64,000 nt of DNA, from IMG/VR virus record IMGVR_UViG_3300022719_000284, positions 26,827 through 90,826 of that record. The stretch is one strand, 5' to 3'. Positions 27,098 to 37,039 of the stretch are shown piece after piece. A program made the position numbers and the translations under genes. The notes beneath the pieces are model-generated. The model was not told where the DNA came from. It saw only the letters and a program-made list of their open reading frames with translations, and made no database searches. The DNA is from a virus. Its lineage: Duplodnaviria > Heunggongvirae > Uroviricota > Caudoviricetes. The first letter of the stretch is position 1; the number at the start of each line of letters is the position of its first letter.

Positions 27098-28471
27098 ATG
27101 AAAGACCTTGAGAACGCAATCCGATGTCTAGAAAATCTTGCTAATACTTCTAAGCGCAACGAGAAGAAAGCGCTGTTGTCTTCCGCTGCAAAAAATCCCA
27201 TTTTGAAAGAGTTTTTTACTAGGGCGTATGATTGGAAAATAACTTACGGAATATCCTATAAAGAGCCTAAAACTTTGCCCAAAATGGCTTCTGCTTTTGG
27301 CCCAAACTACAACGTCTCAGAAGAGTGGGATATATTTCTAGAAATTCTTGATCAACTAGCTTCTAGAGGACTCACAGGATTGTCTGCTGTGGAAACTATT
27401 GATAGATTTATTAAAGTTGTTCCACCTGAAAGAGCAGTTTGGTACATCAGAGTTATCAATAGGGATCTTAGAGTAGGGGTAAACGTTAATACATTTGGAG
27501 AAATTTGGCCGGATTTAAGGTCTAGCTTTGCTGTTTCTTTGGCTGAAAAGTTCAGCAGTACAACTGAAATAAACTATCCAGTAGCAGTCGAACCAAAGTG
27601 CGACGGTCTTAGAATTACTCTAGTTTTCCAAGATGGTAAGGGGGTAGGAAAAACTAGAAGCGGCAAAGAGTATAATGAAGTTCTTCAGCATATTATGGAT
27701 GAGCTTGGTCCCCAAATTGGTACAGGAGCTGTGGACGGGGAAATTTATGCTAATTGGGAGAAAGATGGCCCTCTTTCTATGTACGGTGGAAAAAGATATA
27801 AGTCTCCCTGGGGCAAAACTTCAGCAATGTTGAAAACAGGTTATAGTGGTGGGGTTTTTTGCCGTGACCGGGTATTCGAGGAAATGTGGGTTGAACTTAG
27901 AAGAGATTTAAACTTCTGGGCATTTGATATCATGAACCTAGACGTATATGACCCTGCTATAGCGATGGATAAGACCCCTTTTGTGGAGAGAAGAGCGAAA
28001 CTTGCCTCCATAGTAAACAAACTGGGAGATAATTCTTCCACTGTTTTGATGCCACAGATAATTGCTTCTAATCGAGAAGAGTTGGATGAAGCTCATGTTC
28101 AAAACATGGACGAATATGAAGGAAGCATGATTAAAATGCTTGACGCCCCCTACTTTCCAAGCAGGACTTCAGCAATGCTAAAGAGGAAAGAAGAGGAGTT
28201 TCTAGATGGTGTAATTATTGAAGTTCTTCCCGGAACTGGAAGGAACTCAAATTGGGCTGGGTCCTATAAAGTTCGACTCAGGAATGGAGCTGAAACTAGT
28301 TGCAATGTTAGAGGTGATGCAAACAGAAAAGATCACTGGAACAGGCGAGACGAACTGATTGGTACAATTATCGAAATGACTCAGCAAAAGGACGCAAAAG
28401 CTGTAAGCCAATCAGCTAGATTCCCTGTTTTCATGCGTCTTAGAGATGATCTCCCTAAGGAGAAAATTTAA
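27098..28471 (+). CDS. ATP-dependent DNA ligase
   Basis: Motif I EPKCDGLR, VDGEIY, WAFDI, EGSMIK, MLKRK, OB-fold RFPVF. Confidence 0.92.
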   Translation: MKDLENAIRCLENLANTSKRNEKKALLSSAAKNPILKEFFTRAYDWKITYGISYKEPKTLPKMASAFGPNYNVSEEWDIFLEILDQLASRGLTGLSAVETIDRFIKVVPPERAVWYIRVINRDLRVGVNVNTFGEIWPDLRSSFAVSLAEKFSSTTEINYPVAVEPKCDGLRITLVFQDGKGVGKTRSGKEYNEVLQHIMDELGPQIGTGAVDGEIYANWEKDGPLSMYGGKRYKSPWGKTSAMLKTGYSGGVFCRDRVFEEMWVELRRDLNFWAFDIMNLDVYDPAIAMDKTPFVERRAKLASIVNKLGDNSSTVLMPQIIASNREELDEAHVQNMDEYEGSMIKMLDAPYFPSRTSAMLKRKEEEFLDGVIIEVLPGTGRNSNWAGSYKVRLRNGAETSCNVRGDANRKDHWNRRDELIGTIIEMTQQKDAKAVSQSARFPVFMRLRDDLPKEKI

Positions 28472-28784
28472 TGAGGAACTTAGTTAATCGATTTCAAAGA
28501 TTTTTGGTATAAAATCAGAAGATATCTTAAATAAAGACCTTCTAGATACAATAGAAGCAATGCTTAAAGCAGCAGGGTGGGACGGTACATTAGAGCATCT
28601 TAATTCTAAAGGCACAAAACCAAGTCACTTTATAAGTTATCGAATTTCGTAATTGGAATCCGAATGCATAGAATTGCGAGAAGTTATATGGAACATAATT
28701 CAAGATGATAGAGAGGAATCATGTTCTCTTGATTTCAGCGATAGAGTTTCAAGGATTATTCAACCTTTTAATAAGTCTTCCTAA
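28471..28784 (+). pseudogene. Disrupted ORF of unknown function (one frameshift, one internal TAA)
   Basis: ATG overlaps the ligase stop; adding one A near 28497 gives MRNLVNRFQKIFGIKSEDIL...; the same frame continues past TAA 28650 to TAA 28782-28784. Confidence 0.5.
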
Positions 28785-28814
28785 GATTAGAGGCACAACA
28801 GAAAGGCTAGAGGC

Positions 28815-29150
28815 ATGACTTTCAAGGAATTTCAGCATGAAACGAGTTCAACTGCTATTTACCCCAAAAACACAGAAATGGAGTCTATCGTCTATTGTAC
28901 GCTAGGTCTATCTTCAGAAGCCTCAGAAATATGCGGCAAACTGAAAAAAATAATGCGCGATAACAATTCAGTTATAACCGAAGAAAAAAGGCAAGCAATT
29001 GCCTCCGAAATAGGTGACGTTTTGTGGTATGTTAGCGAGCTGTGTACCAGTTTAGGTGTATCCTTAGAAGGAGCTGCAAAACAGAATTTGAGGAAGCTCA
29101 AGGACCGACAAGAAAGAAACGTTTTACAGGGTGACGGAGATAATCGCTGA
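28815..29150 (+). CDS. mazG: MazG-like nucleotide pyrophosphohydrolase
   Basis: LGLSSEASEICGKLKK, SEIGDVLWY, NLRKLKDRQERNVLQGDGDNR. Confidence 0.9.
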   Translation: MTFKEFQHETSSTAIYPKNTEMESIVYCTLGLSSEASEICGKLKKIMRDNNSVITEEKRQAIASEIGDVLWYVSELCTSLGVSLEGAAKQNLRKLKDRQERNVLQGDGDNR

Positions 29151-29237
29151 TCAAGAGGTGTATAGCGATCGAAGCTCAGAAAAAAAGAGCCCCGGGGAAA
29201 TTGAACCTCCAAAGTCCTTATTTATAGGGGAAATTAA

Positions 29238-29513
29238 GTGTTTTTCAAAGTAAAGGCAGTTACAGCAGGGCCTCGCGGAAACTCTTGTAGAAAATGCGAG
29301 AGAAAAGTAAAGGCCCCTGATGTGGTTCTTCAGGTTCATGGAGAGGTAAACAGATTTTCTGGATATCAAAAAATTGATAAGTATTGTCCAGAATGCGGAG
29401 TAAAGGGCTTAGAGAAGTCCATTTCTACTCTAAAGAAACTAGTGAAAACTCTAGAAAAAGGGCCTTCAGATAAATCTGAACTAGGAAATAAACGAGAGGT
29501 AAAAGTAATATAA
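29238..29513 (+). CDS. Zinc-finger protein (CX2C-X29-CX2C, PARP-zf-like spacing)
   Basis: GTG start after a GGGG RBS; SCRKC...YCPEC. Confidence 0.5.
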   Translation: MFFKVKAVTAGPRGNSCRKCERKVKAPDVVLQVHGEVNRFSGYQKIDKYCPECGVKGLEKSISTLKKLVKTLEKGPSDKSELGNKREVKVI

Positions 29514-29953
29514 TGTCTGATAACGGCGATAGCAAAATATACGAGTTGAAACATATTGATAGAAAATCAGCCACAAAGGTAGGTACTATTGTAAGTGTTA
29601 CAGAACACGGTGTAATTTTTAGAGTAGGTGGATACAGAAATCAATCTAAAGGGAGGGAAATTTTCTTCAGGAATGAAGACATTCTCAGCATAGGAGAAGC
29701 CTCCACTAAACAAGTTGCCACTCTAGAGAGAAGAGAATCGAAAGAAAATAGCAAAGCAGTTAAAAAAATTTCTACTAAAAAAACCAAAATAGAGGCAGCC
29801 CCTCTCCCTACAGAGGAAAAACCCCCAAAAGATATCAAACCCGAATCTGATTCTGAATCTGATGTGGATCGCGGAAAGGTAGATTTTAATGAAGATGAGT
29901 TAAATGACGATGACGATGACCTATACGATGACGATGATGGGTGGGAGGATTAA
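29513..29953 (+). CDS. Hypothetical protein with acidic tail
   Basis: 146 aa, coupled by TAATG. Confidence 0.65.
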   Translation: MSDNGDSKIYELKHIDRKSATKVGTIVSVTEHGVIFRVGGYRNQSKGREIFFRNEDILSIGEASTKQVATLERRESKENSKAVKKISTKKTKIEAAPLPTEEKPPKDIKPESDSESDVDRGKVDFNEDELNDDDDDLYDDDDGWED

Positions 29954-30151
29954 ATGAGCGAAAATAAGATCACTTTAGCACAACATATAAGAAATTCTCA
30001 CACCGATAAAGTTAAAGAAGGAAATGTAGTTACCGGTGATATCGTTGGGGGAGATGTAGTGAATAACGAGGAGTCTGACAGTGCCAAGGAGAATAACGAA
30101 AACGAGTCCTCCGAAGGCGATTCTCAGAGAGAGGCTTTTCGTACCAACTAA
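29954..30151 (+). CDS. Small acidic hypothetical protein overlapping the helicase start
   Basis: Starts right after the upstream stop; 71-nt overlap with the next gene. Confidence 0.35.
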   Translation: MSENKITLAQHIRNSHTDKVKEGNVVTGDIVGGDVVNNEESDSAKENNENESSEGDSQREAFRTN

Positions 30152-31574
30152 GTATGTGACTCCAGACATGAGGGATTCTTGGACTTATGAGGTTCCTGAC
30201 CCTGATGGTGATCATCCTGATGATAAAATCTCGATAGTTCTTTATCGAGAGTATAAAAATGGGTCTGTCACAGGATTCTGTAGGGGCGACCTAGGGAAGA
30301 TTCGAAAAGTCTTCAAACCGACAGGCATCCAGATAAAAGATCGCCGGGTTTGTCCTCCTATGACGCATCCTATTTCGATGCGTACAACCTTGTTCACTCC
30401 CGAAACTGATATTTATGGTAGAAATCAGCAGCAAGTTTCCAGTGAATGGAGAAAAAAAGGCTATGGACAACTTTGTTGCCCTGCAAGGTTTGGAAAAACC
30501 GTTACGGTAACTGACATTGTATGTAAAACTGGCACCAAGGCATTAATACTTTCCCACCAATGGGATATTTTAGAGCAATTTCATAGAACTATACGAGAGC
30601 ACACAGATATTGATGATGTAGAGAAAATGGCTGGTCGTAAACTAGTTGCTCTTTTGAGAGATCATAGCTGGGACGACATTGAAAATCTGGAAATAGTTCT
30701 CTCGTCTTGGCAATCATGGTGGCACCCCTCCAAGCAACATTACCTAAAAAAGCATAGAGATACTTTTGGCATTGTCTTGGTAGATGAAAGTCATTTGTCG
30801 CAAGCTTCGTGTTATAGTAAGGTAGTAAATTCTTTTAATTCCAAGTATCGTTGCGGTAATACTGCTACCCCCTTCAAAATGAATGAACTTCATGTCATAA
30901 TTGAGAATATTATCGGTCCTGTTGTAACTGAAGGCTACAGTAAGCAAATGAAGTGTGCGGTTGAATATACTCACACTGGCTACGTAGTTGAAAAATTTCC
31001 TAAGGGAAAATGGACCACTATGATCTCTAGAATTGTAGAAGACGAAAAAAGAAATCAACTCATAGTTGATAAAGCTATCGAGGATGCAGAGAATGGCCGT
31101 CACGTTCTAATTACCACGGAACGGACTGAACATGCAAAAAAATTGGCTTCTATGATAGATGAGAAAGGGATTCCTGCAATTCACGTAATAGGCTCAACTG
31201 CGGAAAGAGATGCCGTTTGGGAGAAGGCCCGCAATGGAGAAGTTAAAGTGGTAGTTGCTATGAGGAGAATAACTCGTCTAGGAATTGATGTTCCTCTATG
31301 GGATACTTTCTATAACATCATTCCTACCTCCGATCCCTACAATTATTATCAAGAATTATCAAGAATTAGAACCTTTTACGAAGGTAAGCCTTTACCTTTG
31401 ATTCGTGATTTTATCGACGACCCTGAAGAGGAAGTTCGTGGGGCTATATTTGGAACCATGAAAAAAAGAAACTCTGTATATCTAGATCAAGGGTTTGAAG
31501 TCAGAAATGCATCCTTCCGGAAGAAGACCCCTAGCAAGCGTTTTAGTTGGGGTAAGCGAACTTGTAAAGAATGA
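30081..31574 (+). CDS. Superfamily 2 (UvsW/XPB-like) helicase
   Basis: Motif I CPARFGKT, DESH, TATP, LGIDVP; GAGGAG RBS before the GTG. Confidence 0.85.
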   Translation: MPRRITKTSPPKAILRERLFVPTKYVTPDMRDSWTYEVPDPDGDHPDDKISIVLYREYKNGSVTGFCRGDLGKIRKVFKPTGIQIKDRRVCPPMTHPISMRTTLFTPETDIYGRNQQQVSSEWRKKGYGQLCCPARFGKTVTVTDIVCKTGTKALILSHQWDILEQFHRTIREHTDIDDVEKMAGRKLVALLRDHSWDDIENLEIVLSSWQSWWHPSKQHYLKKHRDTFGIVLVDESHLSQASCYSKVVNSFNSKYRCGNTATPFKMNELHVIIENIIGPVVTEGYSKQMKCAVEYTHTGYVVEKFPKGKWTTMISRIVEDEKRNQLIVDKAIEDAENGRHVLITTERTEHAKKLASMIDEKGIPAIHVIGSTAERDAVWEKARNGEVKVVVAMRRITRLGIDVPLWDTFYNIIPTSDPYNYYQELSRIRTFYEGKPLPLIRDFIDDPEEEVRGAIFGTMKKRNSVYLDQGFEVRNASFRKKTPSKRFSWGKRTCKE

Positions 31575-31601
31575 GATTATCTATTTTAGGGAAGGTGATG
31601 T

Positions 31602-32471
31602 ATGAGAGCTTTGGTGATTTCCGGCGGGGGAGCAAAGTTTTGGTTTGGTTCTGGTGCTTTAGCCTGCTTAAAAAAGCAAGGGCAATATTTTGATCATGTT
31701 TACGGAACTAGTACCGGAGCCATATGTACCTTACTTTGGATGCAGGGTAATCCTTCTATAGCCTGGGATATGGCGGAACAAATAAAACCAACCGAATTTG
31801 TTCGCGCCACACACAATGTTGCTAAGATAAGTAGATTTGCTCAAGGTAAACCTATCGCAGATAATTCACCTATGCTCGAAAGCTTACAGAATCTTTTCCC
31901 CAGGCATACTTTGGATTTTTCTTTTAAGTCTCACTCGATAGCAAGTAATCTTATAACTCAGAAAAGAAAAGTCTTTGATTTGCTAGAGAATGACCCCGAT
32001 ATTTATAGATACGTTGTTGCTTCGTGTTCTATACCTGCTCTTTTCCCTCCCGTTAGGTTTAACGATGATTTAGTGTGTGTCGATGGAGGTGCCATCGATA
32101 ACACATTGCTTGATCCAGCTATTTCAGCCGGGTGTGACGAGATTGTTCTAATACTGTTAACTGAAAAAGAGATATATCGTTGTAATACCAATGATGTTTT
32201 TGATGTCATCAGTGCATTAACAGATGGAACGCTAGCTAACTCTGCCATTAAAGACTTGAAACTTTGTGAAGCTAGAAACTTTGTGCCTGGATTCAAGCGT
32301 GTTAAGGTAAGTCTAATTCGCCCACAGCAGAGAGTTCCTGTTGAGTTGTTTGATTGGAGTAGTAAGCAAGCGAGGATGGCCTTTGATATGGGCTATACAG
32401 ACGCCCTGAATATGGAATTGGTAATTGACCCAAAGAAACTTGACAAGTCAACAGAAAACACAGAACTTTAG
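31602..32471 (+). CDS. Patatin-like phospholipase
   Basis: ISGGGAK oxyanion loop, nucleophile GTSTG, ASCSIP, catalytic DGG. Confidence 0.88.
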   Translation: MRALVISGGGAKFWFGSGALACLKKQGQYFDHVYGTSTGAICTLLWMQGNPSIAWDMAEQIKPTEFVRATHNVAKISRFAQGKPIADNSPMLESLQNLFPRHTLDFSFKSHSIASNLITQKRKVFDLLENDPDIYRYVVASCSIPALFPPVRFNDDLVCVDGGAIDNTLLDPAISAGCDEIVLILLTEKEIYRCNTNDVFDVISALTDGTLANSAIKDLKLCEARNFVPGFKRVKVSLIRPQQRVPVELFDWSSKQARMAFDMGYTDALNMELVIDPKKLDKSTENTEL

Positions 32472-33123
32472 GTCTTTAAAAGAAGTAACTCCTAGAAACC
32501 CTTCCCAGAAAAACTATCTCGAAGCAATTGACGAAAACGTGGTCACATTTGGAATTGGTCCTGCGGGCACAGGAAAAACATTTCTTGCAATGTATAAGGC
32601 TTTATGTTACCTTTGGAGCAAAAAAACTACTGGAATAAATAGAATCATTTTAACTAGGCCAGCGGTAGAAGCAGGGGAACGTTTAGGATTTCTTCCGGGA
32701 ATTATAGAGGAAAAAATGGATCCGTTTATGCGTCCTCTATATGATGCTCTATACAACATTGCAGGGTATTCAGACGGTACAAATAAAATCAAAAAGGGTG
32801 TGATTGAAATTGCGCCAGTAGCCTTCATGAGAGGGCGTACATTAGATGATGCTTTCATAATTTTGGATGAGGCACAAAATTGTAGCTGGGAGCAGTTAAA
32901 AATGATTCTCACAAGATTGGGAGAAAACGTTAAGCTTGTGATAAGTGGAGATCCTAATCAATCTGATCTTAAAGGATCTGGTTTAAATAATATTATTGAT
33001 GCTGTAGATCGTACAAATAATGTAGAAGTAATCAGATTCCAAGCTAGAGATGTGGAGAGAAGCAAAATTGTCAAAGATATATTAACCTCTCTAGAAAAGT
33101 ATGAGAATATAAGACAAGCTTAA
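32425..33123 (+). CDS. phoH: PhoH-like ATPase
   Basis: GPAGTGKT, RPAVEAGERLGFLPG, FMRGRT, ILDEAQN, SGDPNQSD. Confidence 0.95.
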   Translation: MTQRNLTSQQKTQNFRSLKEVTPRNPSQKNYLEAIDENVVTFGIGPAGTGKTFLAMYKALCYLWSKKTTGINRIILTRPAVEAGERLGFLPGIIEEKMDPFMRPLYDALYNIAGYSDGTNKIKKGVIEIAPVAFMRGRTLDDAFIILDEAQNCSWEQLKMILTRLGENVKLVISGDPNQSDLKGSGLNNIIDAVDRTNNVEVIRFQARDVERSKIVKDILTSLEKYENIRQA

Positions 33124-33164
33124 ATTGGTACTGCACTGTGTAAGTTACAGTAACCCTATATCAA

Positions 33165-33803
33165 ATGAATAGATTTCTTATCACAGCTTGTGGCCGGTCC
33201 GGCACTAAATTTTTAGCTGATCTTATGAATCAGTCTAAAATATGGACGGTAAACCATGAACCCGATGCTCAATGGTATCAGAGAAAAAGAATTACACAAG
33301 AAACAAGACCTCTATTACAACTAGCTTCTTACAGTAGATTCGCTAATACTATTTACTATGGAGAAGTTAATAGTTTAATGAGGCTTCTTATAATACCAAA
33401 AAAAAATTCTAATGTAAAAAGAGTTAATGATTTTCCTGTTGATAAAAAGGGTATAATTCTTAGGAACCCTTACGAACTTTTTTTATCTACTATAAACAGA
33501 CGAAATTCAGAAAAGTGGGATGAGTGCCTTTATAATCTTGAAAACGATCTTGATATTATTGAATGGTGTGTAAAGCAAAAATTTAGGAAAATACGATTCA
33601 GTAAAATGGTATCAGATACTGTATACACTCAAGAACTATTAAGAGATTTTGGTATTAATGATGTTGAGATAACTTCTAAAATGTTACAAGTTAAGAAGAA
33701 CCATACAGAAGAAAAAATAGTAACTATAGATGATCTTAACTCCACGCAGAAGGGGATTTTGAATTCGATAAGCTCAAGATTTTTAGAGAGACACGAAGTA
33801 TGA
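33165..33803 (+). CDS. Sulfotransferase-like protein
   Basis: TACGRSGTKFL 5'-PSB loop, NHEP, ILRNP. Confidence 0.7.
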   Translation: MNRFLITACGRSGTKFLADLMNQSKIWTVNHEPDAQWYQRKRITQETRPLLQLASYSRFANTIYYGEVNSLMRLLIIPKKNSNVKRVNDFPVDKKGIILRNPYELFLSTINRRNSEKWDECLYNLENDLDIIEWCVKQKFRKIRFSKMVSDTVYTQELLRDFGINDVEITSKMLQVKKNHTEEKIVTIDDLNSTQKGILNSISSRFLERHEV

Positions 33804-34597
33804 AGATTTTATATGCTGGTCCATGGGCAGGGGAATTTGGCTGGGAGCTTTGTTCGTGGAACCCTAGAATTCGCAAGCTAGCAGAGGGCTACAATCGAGT
33901 TATTGTAGAAGGACCATCTACATCAGAATATTTGTATGAATTTGCTGACGAATATATTATTAACAATACAAAACCTAATACTTCAGATGGTTATAAAGGA
34001 GAGACTACAAAGTCTGCTGGATCGAGAGAAAATGCTACTATAGTTCGACCAAACTGGGAACTTATGGGTAAGCCAGAGATGAAACTTCTCAAAGGCTCTT
34101 ATCAGGCTAACTCAGAGAAAAAATGGCGCTGTTTAGCTCCAGAAAATCCCATTGAAGTAGCAGAAGTTCTATGTTCTTTTCGCCCAGTGAAAAGATATCG
34201 TGGCAGGGTCTTAAACGACAAAGAGTATCCTAAAAAATTATGCACTCAGTTGGTAGGGGAACTAATGATTAGAGGATTCTCTGTAGCATGCATCGGAGGG
34301 TCCTCTAATTACTATATCCCTGGAACTATTGACCTTCGAGGCAAGCCTCTCGAAGAACAATGCAGTGCAATAGCGGCGAGCAAGGTTGTGCTTGGGCCTA
34401 GTAGTGGGCCATTGCACCTAGCCGCTCTATGCAATACTCCTCATGTTGTGTGGTACAACAGACCCAATCAAGTTACTTCCTACGCCCGCTACCGAGACCA
34501 TTGGAACCCATTTAACACTCCCCACACCTACCTAAAGCAGCAAATTCCTACACCTCAGCAGATTGCGGACGCGGCATCGGAGTACGGAAATGCTTAG
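33800..34597 (+). CDS. GT9-like (ADP-heptose-type) glycosyltransferase
   Basis: GEFGWEL, IDLRGKPLEEQCSAI, VLGPSSGPLHLAAL. Confidence 0.65.
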   Translation: MKILYAGPWAGEFGWELCSWNPRIRKLAEGYNRVIVEGPSTSEYLYEFADEYIINNTKPNTSDGYKGETTKSAGSRENATIVRPNWELMGKPEMKLLKGSYQANSEKKWRCLAPENPIEVAEVLCSFRPVKRYRGRVLNDKEYPKKLCTQLVGELMIRGFSVACIGGSSNYYIPGTIDLRGKPLEEQCSAIAASKVVLGPSSGPLHLAALCNTPHVVWYNRPNQVTSYARYRDHWNPFNTPHTYLKQQIPTPQQIADAASEYGNA

Positions 34598-35087
34598 CTT
34601 AAACGTAGGATGCGGAACTGATTACAGAGAGGGTTTCGTCAATATAGACGGTAGTGATGTTTTACCGCGCGTGGACCAAGTGATAGATTTCAACTCAGCT
34701 AAGCTCAGTGATCACTTCGGAGAGATTGACCACATTCTATGCAATGACTTCATAGAGCATTTCTTTCACTGGGAGGCTGTATCTTTGCTAGAAGATTTCT
34801 ACAGAGTTCTACGAGGAGGAGGTACCTTAGAGTTGCGGGTTCCTGATAGCGAGTGGATTATCAACTCTGACAAACCTACAGAGTGGAAACTTCGTCAGAT
34901 GTACGGGGGACAAGATCTTTATCAAGGCAAGATGGATTTTTCTAGAGAAGAATACCCTCAATTCTTCTGCCATAAATATGGATGGACTAGAGAAAGGATT
35001 CGTAAGGATCTAGAGAATATTGGCTTTCGAAACCTTAGATTTGAACAAGTTAATGCCAATTTCGTGACGCACGGAAGAAAGCCATGA
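34590..35087 (+). CDS. SAM-dependent methyltransferase (type 11-like)
   Basis: LNVGCG, GFVNID, FIEHF, RVLRGGGTLELRVPD. Confidence 0.85.
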   Translation: MLSLNVGCGTDYREGFVNIDGSDVLPRVDQVIDFNSAKLSDHFGEIDHILCNDFIEHFFHWEAVSLLEDFYRVLRGGGTLELRVPDSEWIINSDKPTEWKLRQMYGGQDLYQGKMDFSREEYPQFFCHKYGWTRERIRKDLENIGFRNLRFEQVNANFVTHGRKP

Positions 35088-35860
35088 AGATTTATCCCGA
35101 TCTACACGATGGTATTGTTCGCATTCGTAACAATAATGTCTGCCTAGCCCGAGGGTTCCTACAACATAAGGGTTTCTTCGATAAGGTGGTAGAAAAAGTA
35201 CAGCAAGTTGCTAGATATAAATCTGGATGTAGGGTAGAGTGGCCGTTCGAGAAGATTCACGAGCACATATCTGCGGAGAAAATAAAACTTCTGTGTACCA
35301 ATCTTGCCAGAGAGTCAGGACCTAACTCTCTGCGGATGATGATGGCCAAATTTACCCACGATGTAGTAAGGGAAGATCTAGGAGTCACAAACAAGTTCTG
35401 GCTAGACTTCCAGCCTGTGGTGCGCTTCTACACACCTCATGACTTCTGGGTAGCAAACAAAAGTCAACTAAATCTTGGGGGTCACCTCAGAATACAGGGG
35501 CCTCATCACGATACTTGGTTCGGTCACGCAACCGAGGGCATGAATCTATGGATGGCTATAGGCCCTGTCCGGCCCGGCAATGGTCTATCTTTGTACCCCG
35601 AAGCTACCGAATCAGGGTATATTAACCACGATGGGAATTACGGTATGCCTCGTGACCAGAAGCTTGGCATTCCTGTAAACTTTAACATGGATCCGGGAGA
35701 TATGCTTCTCTTCCATGGAGAAACAGTTCATTCGTCAGAGTTGAATCAAACACAAGATACTCGTTTTGTTTTGACCACGAGATTTTCGCTAGTCCCTCCT
35801 GTTTTTAAAAAGGGTGCTCACGGTGGTAACAGTCCGTGGATCACATCGGAGGAAATATGA
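35084..35860 (+). CDS. 2-oxoglutarate/Fe(II) dioxygenase, PhyH-like
   Basis: PHHDTW (HxD), NLWMAI, PGDMLLFHGETVHSS, RFVLTTRF. Confidence 0.8.
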   Translation: MKIYPDLHDGIVRIRNNNVCLARGFLQHKGFFDKVVEKVQQVARYKSGCRVEWPFEKIHEHISAEKIKLLCTNLARESGPNSLRMMMAKFTHDVVREDLGVTNKFWLDFQPVVRFYTPHDFWVANKSQLNLGGHLRIQGPHHDTWFGHATEGMNLWMAIGPVRPGNGLSLYPEATESGYINHDGNYGMPRDQKLGIPVNFNMDPGDMLLFHGETVHSSELNQTQDTRFVLTTRFSLVPPVFKKGAHGGNSPWITSEEI

Positions 35861-36102
35861 GCGAGATCAAGGTCGTAAAGTCTGGAATCATCTCCGTAGA
35901 GATCGAAGGTGAGGTACATTACTTATCTAGATACTGTACTCATGAGGGTGCTGATTTGTCTCTCGGGTATTTGGACGAATATGGTTGTCTTCGGTGCCCG
36001 TGGCACAATCTAGCGTTCGATAAGGATGGAAAGCAAATTTGCAAGAGCCTAAAGAATTTGAAGAAATATCGAAAAGAGGGTGACGAATATGTGGTTGATT
36101 AA
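35857..36102 (+). CDS. Rieske [2Fe-2S] ferredoxin
   Basis: CTHEGADL and CPWH ligand motifs in 81 aa. Confidence 0.88.
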   Translation: MSEIKVVKSGIISVEIEGEVHYLSRYCTHEGADLSLGYLDEYGCLRCPWHNLAFDKDGKQICKSLKNLKKYRKEGDEYVVD

Positions 36103-37039
36103 TACCTCTTACGGGTGGAACCCCGGAGATGACCTAATTAGGGAGGGGGTATTCAATCTCTTAAGGTTAAGCCAAGTTACTCCCAAGGTTTTTGTTAATA
36201 GAGGGCAGACAAAGGTAAATGATAAAACTGTTCCTATCTGGAAGATTCTTCGTAATTTCGAGTCTACGGAACATCTGGTATCTCAAGCAACAGGCATAAT
36301 TATGGCAGGAAGTCCGGAATGGGTAGATTTCTTTGAAGATTTCTATATACAAGCGTCTGCATACAATGTTCCAATATACATGGTTGGTATTGGGATGAGA
36401 TCGGTATCTAAAGATGCTAACAATCTAGTAAACAGTGTTAAACACTTGATAAAAGGGGCCACTGTAAGGGATAAACATGCTTCTGCTGCTCTAAAAAGTT
36501 GCGGAATTGAGTCTCAATGGTTTCCTGATCCAGCTTTCTCTGCATCGTATACCATTCCTACATCGAAACGTTACGGGTTGGTTGTTAATTATAGATCTCA
36601 TGGAGGTAACGGGACATTCAAGGATACTTATGATGATAAATGGAGAGAAATAGCTAAAAAATATGAAAGCGATATAGAGATTGTAACAGTGCATGAACAA
36701 GGTGAATACAAAAAAGCAAAAAAGATTTTTAGTTCTCCTGTTTTCTATAGTTCTGATTACACAGATTACAAGTACATATACTCTAACACAAAGTTATACA
36801 TAGGAGGAAGAATTCACGGGGCTACACCTGTTTTGTCTACAGGAGGTACAGCTTACTTGATTTACAATTCTCCTAAAATAGATGCTCTTCAGAAAGTATC
36901 TAAATTTATGGATACTTTAAAAGTGTTGAACTTTAATTCCCCAGTACCCGATATAAGTTACATAGATTCTACATTGGCTATTAAAAGACTTCAAGAATAC
37001 ATTCAACAACACAAGAGATATTGGGAACTTCGTTTATGA
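36080..37039 (+). CDS. Polysaccharide pyruvyltransferase-family protein
   Basis: GWNPGDDLI, VGIG, TVRDKHS, FPDPAF, GGRIHG. Confidence 0.8.
   Translation: MTNMWLINTSYGWNPGDDLIREGVFNLLRLSQVTPKVFVNRGQTKVNDKTVPIWKILRNFESTEHLVSQATGIIMAGSPEWVDFFEDFYIQASAYNVPIYMVGIGMRSVSKDANNLVNSVKHLIKGATVRDKHASAALKSCGIESQWFPDPAFSASYTIPTSKRYGLVVNYRSHGGNGTFKDTYDDKWREIAKKYESDIEIVTVHEQGEYKKAKKIFSSPVFYSSDYTDYKYIYSNTKLYIGGRIHGATPVLSTGGTAYLIYNSPKIDALQKVSKFMDTLKVLNFNSPVPDISYIDSTLAIKRLQEYIQQHKRYWELRL

Noticed and set aside
33138-33154. TGTAA/TTACA palindrome upstream of the glycan cassette (similar one near 20633-20652)
   Set aside because: Short, AT-rich and differently spaced in the two places; expected by chance.
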